A stretch of DNA of 12,718 bases from a virus (taxonomy: Duplodnaviria > Heunggongvirae > Uroviricota > Caudoviricetes): the IMG/VR virus record IMGVR_UViG_3300029577_000207; one strand, written 5' to 3'. Numbering within the stretch: position 1 is the first letter of the stretch; each line of letters starts with the position of its first letter. Under the pieces are notes generated by a model, which saw only the letters and a list, made by a program, of their open reading frames with translations, was not told the origin of the DNA and did not search any database. Made by a program: the position numbers and the translations under genes. Positions 1-6,787 of this stretch are shown piece after piece.

Positions 1-93
1 TTTTACTGGTTGATACTGTTTTTGTCATGTGAGTCACCTCTGACTGAGAGTTTACTCACTTAGCCGCGTGTCCACTATTGCTGGGTAAGATCA
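1..93 (-). mobile_element. IS3 terminus (left inverted repeat plus first codons of orfA on the - strand); the element body lies left of the window
   Basis: Reverse complement of 1-93 reads TGATCTTACCCAGCAATAGTGGACACGCGGCTAAGTGAG...ATGACAAAAACAGTATCAACCAGTAAAA, which I recognise from memory as the IS3 left end and orfA start. nt 13-93 are the exact reverse complement of nt 12638-12718. Confidence 0.85.
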
Positions 94-243
94 GAGAATA
101 CCTATGGATTCTGGCAAGGACCCCAACTATTCCAGATAAAGTAAAAGCAGACTATGTGCGAACCGCTCAAAAGTTGGGATTCAATGTCAATGAATTATTA
201 TGGGTTAAACAATAAAATCCCTACCCGAAATAATACTTATTAG

Positions 244-270
244 AAAAAAACCAGCCTTTGGGGAGGCTGG
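244..270 (-). terminator. Rho-independent terminator downstream of Q (tR'-like)
   Basis: Hairpin CCAGCCT/AGGCTGG at 251-270 (7-bp stem, 6-nt loop) followed on the - strand by a run of 7 T (244-250), about 100 nt downstream of the Q stop codon. Confidence 0.7.
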
Positions 271-370
271 CTAAATCAGGAAACAAGCTGTTATATGATA
301 ATAACTACGTTGCGATTCCAACATTTAAAATGTTAGACTAATGAGAATCAGACAGCAACTTTTCCTTTAA

Positions 371-748
371 TTATTTCGAACAATCAGCATCCATCTCCAA
401 TCGGAGATCCAATACCATCAGCATGCCCTCCACTACGCCCTCAGCTTTCTGGAGCATCCTGCCAACCCAACAATCAGATCGCCCATGCTTACGTGCAAGC
501 GCCATAAAAGTCATGCCGCCAACATAATAGTCCACCAATAAATCATGTAAATCGCTGTTGTTTTTTCTCAGGCGAGCCATACATTCACAAATGATCATCG
601 CGTCATCGTCACAGCATTGCGGACGAGATCTTACTTTTGAAGGAATTAATCCCTTAAAACCAGCGGCAATGGACGACCAGGTCACATCTTCATGATTATT
701 AGCCGCCCATGCCCCCCAACGCTCAAGAACCATCTGAATATCACGCAT
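371..748 (-). CDS. Late-gene antiterminator Q (phage 21/82 type, QuuD-like)
   Basis: The ORF begins [31 protein letters not shown]..., which I recall as near-identical to E. coli DLP12 QuuD. ATG at 748; the six-frame track's upstream extension to 763 starts with TTG. Sits at the distal end of the rightward operon, followed by a terminator. Confidence 0.75.
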   Translation of the reverse strand: MRDIQMVLERWGAWAANNHEDVTWSSIAAGFKGLIPSKVRSRPQCCDDDAMIICECMARLRKNNSDLHDLLVDYYVGGMTFMALARKHGRSDCWVGRMLQKAEGVVEGMLMVLDLRLEMDADCSK

Positions 749-765
749 CAACTTACTCCACAAAA

Positions 766-1815
766 TTAGGCCAGCACACCAATTGCCAGCGCGCGATCGA
801 TAAATCGAAAAATCAGCTCCAGTTGGGAGCCATACTTCTCTTCAAATGCCACGGTATCCGTATGCAACTCGTCGTGATGCTTTCTGCACAAAGGCAACAC
901 AAAGAGATCATGTGCTTTGGTTCCCATTCCGCCCTGCCCGTGACCAATCAGATGATGCGGATCGTCGGCTGGCATCCCGCAGCAAGCACACGGCTGTGTC
1001 TTAACCCAGCGTGTGTATTTCTCCTTAACCCAACGGTGACGTTTAGGCAGCTTCATGAAAGATTCCGGAGACTCTGGATCAACGGTGATGCTTACCACCG
1101 TCTTTTCCTGTGATGGGTTTTGTTGCTGGTGGGCGTGAGGCAACGGTGCAAGATTTTTTGTGCGCTGTTTCAATATGCTGGTGGCGGTCTGCTCTCCCGG
1201 TACGATGTCGCTTTCGCGGTACACCGAGCAGATTTTTTCCGCTGGTAATCCCAGCGAGCGACGTAATACCGCTTCCGGTAGCGCGTCCGCCAGCTGATTG
1301 CGGAGCGCCCACCAGGATAATTCAGCCAGAGATAATTCACGCTCCTGCGTACCGCTTATTGCGTGACCGATGACGTCAATCATCCATGCTGACAGGTTTT
1401 GATGAGCAAGTTGCTCGAGTGATTCGGATGTCTGGTCACGCAGCTGGTTGTCGCAGTGCCAGCACAACACCATTGCGCCGGTACCATATCGGTGAATAAC
1501 GGTTTCGCTGTGATGATAATCGCCGTGTGGCCACTGGCAGGATTTAATATGGCGCAACAGCCAGTCAGACAATGCACCAGCACCACCAGCAGCACGAATT
1601 ACCCGTGCGTTACTGAAAAACGGCAGCAATGTTTTGTCTTCCACCAGCGGCTGGCGAACGGCAGGAACGACCCCGGACGGCAGATTACGCATGCTTTTCG
1701 GTTCCGGCTCCACCAGTACCCGGGTATTGTGGAATACCGGCATGGATTCACGGCCCGGCTTAACGACCACCAGCCCGAGTTCCGGTACCAGAACAGGTCG
1801 AAGTAATACCCGCAC
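766..1815 (-). CDS. ydfU: YdfU-like prophage protein with two HNH-like Cys/His clusters
   Basis: 349-aa ORF with GTG start at 1815 preceded by GGAGG; 1 nt after the stop of the upstream ORF. Contains [10 protein letters not shown]...H...CWHC and CACCG...HHLIGH...CRKHHDELH motifs. Position (between rem and Q) and length match my memory of K-12 Qin YdfU; the DUF968 assignment is from memory. Confidence 0.65.
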   Translation of the reverse strand: MRVLLRPVLVPELGLVVVKPGRESMPVFHNTRVLVEPEPKSMRNLPSGVVPAVRQPLVEDKTLLPFFSNARVIRAAGGAGALSDWLLRHIKSCQWPHGDYHHSETVIHRYGTGAMVLCWHCDNQLRDQTSESLEQLAHQNLSAWMIDVIGHAISGTQERELSLAELSWWALRNQLADALPEAVLRRSLGLPAEKICSVYRESDIVPGEQTATSILKQRTKNLAPLPHAHQQQNPSQEKTVVSITVDPESPESFMKLPKRHRWVKEKYTRWVKTQPCACCGMPADDPHHLIGHGQGGMGTKAHDLFVLPLCRKHHDELHTDTVAFEEKYGSQLELIFRFIDRALAIGVLA

Positions 1816-1816
1816 G

Positions 1817-2095
1817 TTACCTCCAGATGCGTTGCTGGAATGTACGGGACGGACGCGGTGGGCGTTCGGAGTAAGGCAATCTGACTGAGATTATCCAGTG
1901 ACGGTAGTCGAGACTAAGGGCTTTCTTAACCTCGTATCCGCGCCTGCGGTAACACTGAATTATCCATTCAGCCTGCTCTTCAGTGCATGGAGGGTGTTGG
2001 AACCATTCAGACTTGAATGCGTGAGAATACCGCTCGTGCGTGCAGGCAAGAACGGGCGAATTATCAGAATTGTAATATTTTACGTTGCGTGCCAT
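1817..2095 (-). CDS. Hypothetical 92-aa Cys/His-containing protein
   Basis: ATG at 2095 with GGAG about 8 nt upstream; stop codon abuts the ydfU GTG start, suggesting translational coupling. No family recognised. Confidence 0.55.
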   Translation of the reverse strand: MARNVKYYNSDNSPVLACTHERYSHAFKSEWFQHPPCTEEQAEWIIQCYRRRGYEVKKALSLDYRHWIISVRLPYSERPPRPSRTFQQRIWR

Positions 2096-2161
2096 CGGTT
2101 TTCTCCGGTGGCACGGTGTTACTCAGCGGGAGTTCAGCCCCGCGCAAGATTGTAGATGAGT

Positions 2162-2413
2162 TTATTCTTCTGCAAAAGCTGAAAAGCCTGCTTTTATTCC
2201 GATCTCTTTCAGTGCCTGTAATGAAGTGACAAACTCACCTTCGCGCAAGATAAATCCGTCTGTCACTCGACCATCCACAAAATTAATTAACGCAGCCCCA
2301 TTCTTTCGCAAACACATAATGCGGTAATGACTAACAAGATTTCCATTTTCAACGCACACAGCATAGAGGCCATCTTCACAAAAAATTTTACGCAGTTCTT
2401 CGATGTTCATCAT
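2162..2413 (-). CDS. rem: Rem-like small prophage protein (83 aa)
   Basis: ORF MMNIEELRKIFCEDGLYAVCVENG... with GGAAGG 6 nt upstream of the ATG at 2413. Size and position next to hokD match K-12 Qin rem as I recall it. Confidence 0.6.
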   Translation of the reverse strand: MMNIEELRKIFCEDGLYAVCVENGNLVSHYRIMCLRKNGAALINFVDGRVTDGFILREGEFVTSLQALKEIGIKAGFSAFAEE

Positions 2414-2529
2414 CAGAATCCTTCCGGATAATTAGCTCTCCCCTTTAAGGGACCATCCCTCTTATCCCTGCGCGCTACTTAAGTATTTTTGATTCTATTC
2501 CGGCACCGTCCAGAACTTCAAACGCGTTG

Positions 2530-2560
2530 AAAATAAAAACAAAAACCCGCCGAAGCGGGT
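2530..2560 (-). terminator. Rho-independent terminator of the hokD transcript
   Basis: Hairpin ACCCGC-CGAA-GCGGGT at 2545-2560 followed on the - strand by TTTTTGTTTTTATTTT. A second 9-bp-stem hairpin (2601-2622) lies between the hok stop and this terminator, as expected for a hok mRNA 3' fold-back element. Confidence 0.75.
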
Positions 2561-2629
2561 TAAGTGCGGGTGCGTTGAGGATGCCTGCCACATCAGAGGT
2601 GGCGAGGGATTTCTCCCTCGCCGGGTCTC

Positions 2630-2785
2630 TTACTCCTCAGGTTCGTAAGCTGTGAAGACAGCGACCTCCGTCTGGCCGGTTCGGATTCGTACCTCGCAGA
2701 GGTCTTTCCTCGTTACCAGTGCCGTCACTATGACGGTTAAACAGATGACGATCAGGGCGATTAACATCGCCTTTTGCTGCTTCAT
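2630..2785 (-). CDS. hokD: Hok-family type I toxin (51 aa), HokD/RelF-like
   Basis: Translation MKQQKAMLIALIVICLTVIVTALVTRKDLCEVRIRTGQTEVAVFTAYEPEE matches HokD as I remember it. AAGGAG 9 nt upstream of the ATG at 2785. An in-frame upstream ATG at 2842 gives the 70-codon frame listed in the ORF track (mok-like leader). Confidence 0.85.
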   Translation of the reverse strand: MKQQKAMLIALIVICLTVIVTALVTRKDLCEVRIRTGQTEVAVFTAYEPEE

Positions 2786-2834
2786 AGCCTGCTTCTCCTT
2801 GCCTTTCGGCACGTAAGAGGCTAACCTACATGTG

Positions 2835-2906
2835 TCTAGCATGAAATTGGCCTCAGATTAATGTTAAGCGTCTTGCAGGACGCGTAATGTTAACTGGGGC
2901 TTTTCT
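2835..2906 (+). ncRNA. Putative Sok-like antisense RNA to the hok leader (boundaries approximate)
   Basis: + strand promoter-like TTGCCT (2799-2804), 17-nt spacer, TAACCT (2822-2827), antisense to the hok leader and mok-like start; small hairpin 2868-2883 and a T-rich run at 2900-2908. Inferred from hok/sok architecture, not from a recognised sequence. Confidence 0.3.
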
Positions 2907-2960
2907 CTATCTGCCGTTGGTGTTCATGCCCGAGGCAGATAGCCTCAAGCACCCGCAGCC

Positions 2961-2989
2961 ATTCTACTTAACTACCGTTACCTCGCCAA
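2961..2989 (-). promoter_or_regulatory. Candidate sigma70 promoter of the hokD mRNA
   Basis: On the - strand: TTGGCG (2989-2984), 17-nt spacer, TAGAAT (2966-2961). Predicts a leader of about 170 nt before the hok ATG, as in hok-family mRNAs. Confidence 0.45.
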
Positions 2990-3467
2990 TATGAAATCAG
3001 TCAGAAAGGCGATCCATAAGAACAATAGCAAGACAATAAATCGCCATTACAGCCGTAATAGCCAGCGCACATTTGAGAACCAGCACCACAACCTCCTGTA
3101 TTGGACGTACACCAGTCCTGATGAATATGAGGCTGTCTCGTCAGTGATTCAATACAACTATTGGGTATAGTTTCTCTGATTTTTTCTGTGGAAATGGGGC
3201 TCAACCACTAGTCACCACCTGCACTTCTTTTAATACGCAAAGTCCGACACAAGCTAACCTTTTAGTCCGCTTTGAGCGAACAACGGAAGTTCGGAATAAA
3301 TACTGACATAGACGTGTTTTCTTGCGGTGGCCAGTTTTTGTTGACCACTTCATTGTACCTAATCTTGGAGGTTGATCAGTTAACCCTCATTATTGCGGGT
3401 TAACTGAAGTTAGGCTTACTGTGTATAGATAAAACAAGCGTTTTTCCAAGTTACCTTAGAAAAAGCC

Positions 3468-4400
3468 TTAAGTTAGAAGCCGTTCCTCGTAATCGTCGGT
3501 TGTGGGCATTTTTCCGATCTCTGTCATGCGACACACTAATCGGGATAAAAGCACTCGTACCTCAATTATATGCTCAACTAAAAAGTTATCTGACGTAGCT
3601 CCCCCATGCACTGCCTTCGAACGGTAGTCATACAGCTTCTTAACCCTACGATAGGTGGCTAAACGATCAGGCCCTCGCTCCTCAAGATATGCTGCGGCCA
3701 TAAGAGCAAGACGAAAACGAAGCTCTGAATTGATTCCAAAGAGCGCTTCAAATCCTGCCCATAAAGCAGCAGCAGCCATTCTCAAATTCGCGTGTTGGTT
3801 GTGAGTAGTTAAAGAATCAATAGCGAGCCGGAATGCTGGTTGCTCTAGCAGATCTATCCAACGCTTGAGATTCTCTTGAACCCAGTCGAGAGACTCTACT
3901 GATATCTCTACACTTGGGCTTATTCTCCGAACTGCCGGCACGTCCTCAAGAAGTTGGACTTCACACGAGTTGGCTTGAAGAGCAGGGAATACATCCCAAG
4001 ATGCACTTGCTACTGCAGGAACAAGTATATCGGTGAGTGTGCGGCATCGGATCGCGGATATGATCCACCATCCGATAGTCAGGTCTGATTGAGAAAATTT
4101 CGACTCACTGCTTTGCAACGCAAGCTCATGCGTAACTGCGGGCATATGACGAGCAACAGCGCTGAGTAGCGACTTGCTCTTAAGCGCTTTGGCTAACTCT
4201 ATCTCTCCTGGTGGATGAAGTACCTCCCTTAATTCACCTACGTCTTGGAAAACATAAGGCCCGTTTCGAAACGTCAATCCTGACAAAGCGAAACAGATCT
4301 CATTCTGACTGGATAAACTAGATATTCGAGTTGCAGCGTATTTCTTGCGAGACTCGAAGTAGTTAAGTAAACCTGACAATTTTTCTTTGTTGATTTCCAT
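3468..4400 (-). CDS. Orphan 310-aa hypothetical protein; candidate HEPN-like effector (C-terminal R-x4-H-G motif)
   Basis: Uninterrupted 933-nt ORF with long non-coding flanks (189 bp upstream, about 620 bp downstream). No family recognised; motif YDYRSKAVHGG at residues about 258-268 (nt 3606-3623), about 50 residues from the C-terminus. Weak Shine-Dalgarno. Confidence 0.7.
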   Translation of the reverse strand: MEINKEKLSGLLNYFESRKKYAATRISSLSSQNEICFALSGLTFRNGPYVFQDVGELREVLHPPGEIELAKALKSKSLLSAVARHMPAVTHELALQSSESKFSQSDLTIGWWIISAIRCRTLTDILVPAVASASWDVFPALQANSCEVQLLEDVPAVRRISPSVEISVESLDWVQENLKRWIDLLEQPAFRLAIDSLTTHNQHANLRMAAAALWAGFEALFGINSELRFRLALMAAAYLEERGPDRLATYRRVKKLYDYRSKAVHGGATSDNFLVEHIIEVRVLLSRLVCRMTEIGKMPTTDDYEERLLT

Positions 4401-4422
4401 ATTCCCAAGCTTAGAATTTTCG

Positions 4423-4450
4423 CTATTGTGTACCGTATATTACACAATAG
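4423..4450. promoter_or_regulatory. Perfect 10-bp inverted repeat (candidate operator or RNA hairpin) upstream of the 310-aa gene
   Basis: CTATTGTGTA-ccgtatat-TACACAATAG, 23-50 nt upstream of the ATG at 4400, flanked by AGCTTAG direct repeats. Confidence 0.5.
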
Positions 4451-4589
4451 CTTAGTTAGGGCGTAGGCGTCCGCTTTTGGCACAAAGCGGACAACCACGC
4501 CAGATCTACCCTGTGCCATGAAAAATGAGAATGTCAATTCACTCCTGAACTAATGCTTTTTAATCTAGTAACGTCTAAAATACCTAACA

Positions 4590-4991
4590 TTATCCCTGAT
4601 AAAATGCCAGTATGCGCTGCATAACTTCACTCATCCGGCACTCGCGACAGATTATGTTTAGGCGACTGTCGTAGCGACGTATTTCTCCATCAGGTAACGA
4701 CCAGATAAGGTCCGGATCAATCACAGCTGTTTTCTTCACCTTTGCCCTCGAGAGTTTTTTGCGGGCGTTTTGCCAGTCCTTACGCGCCTGTTCAGACGGG
4801 AATAACCCGTAACCAGAGCTGTATACATCGCCACTGGCAACCAGCTCTCTGGCCAGAACGCTCATCAGATATCTTGTTGCCCCAGTTTTAGCTTCCAGTT
4901 GTCGTAATGTCTCGCGCCCACTCTGGCGTACGAGTTCCACCACCTGCCCTTTAATTTTTTCCCGCTCTTCTTGTGTAAAAACTTTTGCCAC
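4590..4991 (-). CDS. Small (133 aa) protein with a predicted N-terminal winged-helix DNA-binding domain
   Basis: GTG start at 4991 with GGAGGA immediately upstream, 40 nt after the O-like stop. N-terminal region QVVELVRQSGRETLRQLEAKTGATRYLMSVLARELVASGDV has the pattern of PapI/FaeA-like winged-helix regulators (pattern-level similarity only). Confidence 0.65.
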   Translation of the reverse strand: MAKVFTQEEREKIKGQVVELVRQSGRETLRQLEAKTGATRYLMSVLARELVASGDVYSSGYGLFPSEQARKDWQNARKKLSRAKVKKTAVIDPDLIWSLPDGEIRRYDSRLNIICRECRMSEVMQRILAFYQG

Positions 4992-5031
4992 AAGTCCTCC
5001 TGAACATTACTTTATGCCCTAAAATCAACAC

Positions 5032-5997
5032 TTATCCCCTGAAACCAGGCGGAATTTCTGTATCCGGTTCAGAAATATGATTCACACAACGCTGTACAGG
5101 TGAACGTCCCAGGCGGATGACCAGTTCGTCCCATTTTTTGCGGAGTTTTGACGGGCTCATGATGTTTTTTACCCAGAATTGATCTCGCTGTACCCGACCA
5201 AACATTTCGCAAATTTGTCTGTGGCTTCTGCCATCCAGCATCCGCATTGTGCGCACGTCATTGGCCCAGGCTGTCCAGTTAGGCTCTTTTGGTCGCATGA
5301 TCTCTCCATCGTCGCTGGCAGCCTGTTCGTAAAGGTTCACGATCCGCCCCCAAATCCACTGCGCACACGCCAAATCCTCCCTGCTACCCCACTGGCGTTT
5401 TTTCGCACTAAACACAACCGCGTCGGGGTTCCGGGTTAAAAAATCCTGTTCAGCCGTCTGCGGGTCCGGTTGCGAAGCTTCCGGACGAAAAGTGTTTTTA
5501 TTCTCTGTAGTAATCTCTGTTGTATTCTCTGTAAGATCATCAGGCCATTTTGACCCGATGACATTGGGTCGTTTTGAACCAATGGAGCGTTTCATTTTGA
5601 CCTCTTCCATCGTGTCATTTTGACCTGATGGAGCGGCGCATTTTGAACTGATGGATTCGCTCAATTTGCCACCATCTAAAAGCTCGCTCCCGTAGTTGAT
5701 CGTGTAGAAATTGGTCATGTCGCGCTTTGATTTATTGAGCTTTTCGCAACGTAAAAGCCCCAGCGTTTTCAGACTTGCAAACGCGCGCTTTAACGTTGAC
5801 TCTGACCAGAACGGGAACTGTTCCAGCCATTGTTCCGTTGTGTTGTAAATCCAGCGAACACCATCACATTCCATGCCGGAATTGGTATCTCTCAACCAGT
5901 AATGCAACTGCTGCAACACAATGGCTTCGTTTAAGCCAATCTTCATCGCAAGCTGTGTGTTTATAACCAGTGGGCGTTCAGCAAAAAGAAGGCTCAT
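5032..5997 (-). CDS. Phage replication initiator (lambda O-like replisome organiser) containing the origin iterons
   Basis: N-terminal winged-helix region typical of O/DnaD-like initiators (...LNEAIVLQQLHYWL...WSESTLKRAFASLKTLGLL...), five direct repeats inside the coding sequence, and position after the cro/cII-like genes. First ATG at 5997; the track start at 6051 is TTG. Confidence 0.7.
   Translation of the reverse strand: MSLLFAERPLVINTQLAMKIGLNEAIVLQQLHYWLRDTNSGMECDGVRWIYNTTEQWLEQFPFWSESTLKRAFASLKTLGLLRCEKLNKSKRDMTNFYTINYGSELLDGGKLSESISSKCAAPSGQNDTMEEVKMKRSIGSKRPNVIGSKWPDDLTENTTEITTENKNTFRPEASQPDPQTAEQDFLTRNPDAVVFSAKKRQWGSREDLACAQWIWGRIVNLYEQAASDDGEIMRPKEPNWTAWANDVRTMRMLDGRSHRQICEMFGRVQRDQFWVKNIMSPSKLRKKWDELVIRLGRSPVQRCVNHISEPDTEIPPGFRG
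5546..5654. repeat. Replication origin iterons: five direct repeats of about 23 bp, consensus CATTTTGA(C/A)C..ATGG
   Basis: Repeat units begin at about 5546, 5570, 5593, 5616 and 5639 with a regular 23-24 bp period. Adjacent 5483-5540 is AT-rich with three TCTCTGT repeats that encode a T-T-E-rich linker in the O-like protein. Confidence 0.8.
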
Positions 5998-6499
5998 AAT
6001 TCCATCCAGCTTTTTGTTGGTATTGCTGTCGATACGCAAGTTTGAAAGCAATTGCTTTTTCTATAAGTTCGTCAGTTTCACGATCCACTACGGCAGGATC
6101 AGCAAAAAGCAGTCCGGACTCCACCACATCGCCATATTCTTTGTTTAACCCGGCGATCATGTACGTAATGCTTTTCCCGTCACTAATTTCACGATACAAC
6201 CTGAAATCACTAATCCGGATAGCCTCCATAATTGCAGGCACTAGCGCCGTGAACTTTTCACGCTTATCCCTGGTGTCAATAGCCTTCCAGCGTTCGAATA
6301 TCTTCACTCGATTAACGCCAAGCGCTCGCTGATCAACCGCGCCACCTTCATCTGTGACACGCTGAACATCGATGTTCGGGCGCTCTTTCAAAGACCAAAA
6401 TGCTTCAGTGATTAATATCGTCGCCTGCTCCTGTGTCATTCCTGGTCGACATATCCAGGCATCCAGAGCCTCACGAGCCTGTTCAGGAGTGATTTTCAT
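5978..6499 (-). CDS. Early-right operon protein at the YdaT/CII-equivalent position (function uncertain)
   Basis: 173-aa ORF with ATG at 6499, overlapping the dicC 3' end by 17 nt and the O-like start by 20 nt. Assignment is by position between cro-like and replication genes only. Confidence 0.5.
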   Translation of the reverse strand: MKITPEQAREALDAWICRPGMTQEQATILITEAFWSLKERPNIDVQRVTDEGGAVDQRALGVNRVKIFERWKAIDTRDKREKFTALVPAIMEAIRISDFRLYREISDGKSITYMIAGLNKEYGDVVESGLLFADPAVVDRETDELIEKAIAFKLAYRQQYQQKAGWNYEPSFC

Positions 6500-6710
6500 T
6501 GTTCAACCGCCCCGCCCGCTTCGTCTTACGATATTCGTCATAAACCTTGGGATCATACAGAAGCTCGCCGCCAGATGCCTCCTGTAGACGCATCGCGCGA
6601 CCTTCAGGAACCAGCTCTTGCCATTGAGAAACAGCAGATGGGTCAACGCCAGCAGCTTTCGCTACTTTGGCTTTCGTACCGTAAAAATTAATTACGTCTG
6701 ATTTAAACAT
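6483..6710 (-). CDS. dicC: Cro-like regulator DicC
   Basis: C-terminal sequence ...VPEGRAMRLQEASGGELLYDPKVYDEYRKTKRAGRLNNENHS matches DicC as I recall it. ATG at 6710 with GGGGGTG upstream; divergent from dicA. Confidence 0.75.
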   Translation of the reverse strand: MFKSDVINFYGTKAKVAKAAGVDPSAVSQWQELVPEGRAMRLQEASGGELLYDPKVYDEYRKTKRAGRLNNENHS

Positions 6711-6723
6711 CGCACCCCCAATA

Positions 6724-6737
6724 TTGAGTTTTCTCAA
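6724..6737. promoter_or_regulatory. Palindromic operator TTGAGTTTTCTCAA in the dicC-dicA divergent promoter region
   Basis: Perfect palindrome in the 77-bp dicC/dicA intergenic region. The same GAGTTTTCTCA core recurs at 7260-7273 and inverted at 7296-7305 upstream of ydfA. Confidence 0.55.
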
Positions 6738-6787
6738 TGCTAATCACTCAAGGAATCTCAAGTCAAGGGTTATTAAGATATCTAAAT

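Noticed and set aside
94-243. tRNA gene downstream of Q, as seen in some lambdoid phages
   Set aside because: I could not find a T-loop (GTTCRANYC) or a cloverleaf; GGTTCGCAC at about 150-160 on the - strand is not a convincing match.
709-1113. 134-aa + strand ORF (and neighbouring ORFs 1079-1312, 1110-1373, 1380-1595, 1456-1806, 1634-1888)
   Set aside because: All lie antisense to or overlap the Q and ydfU-like genes, have no ribosome-binding sites and low-complexity translations; most likely shadow ORFs.
2887-3170. Small + strand ORFs of 36 and 59 codons
   Set aside because: Too short to support from sequence alone and antisense to the hok leader and promoter; mentioned only as a possibility in the findings.
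3001-3204. 67-aa Cys/Gly-rich - strand ORF
   Set aside because: No ribosome-binding site, odd composition, and it lies upstream of the candidate hok promoter; likely spurious.
2843-3467. relBE toxin-antitoxin genes expected next to hokD
   Set aside because: No ORF resembling RelB or RelE is present in any frame of this region; the module is absent here.
4274-4537. 87-aa - strand ORF overlapping the start of the 310-aa gene
   Set aside because: Out-of-frame overlap with a much longer ORF and no ribosome-binding site; likely spurious.
5546-5654. Possible CRISPR array (regular direct repeats)
   Set aside because: The repeats have a 23-bp period with no separate spacers and lie inside an O-like replication gene, which is the signature of origin iterons; no cas genes are present.
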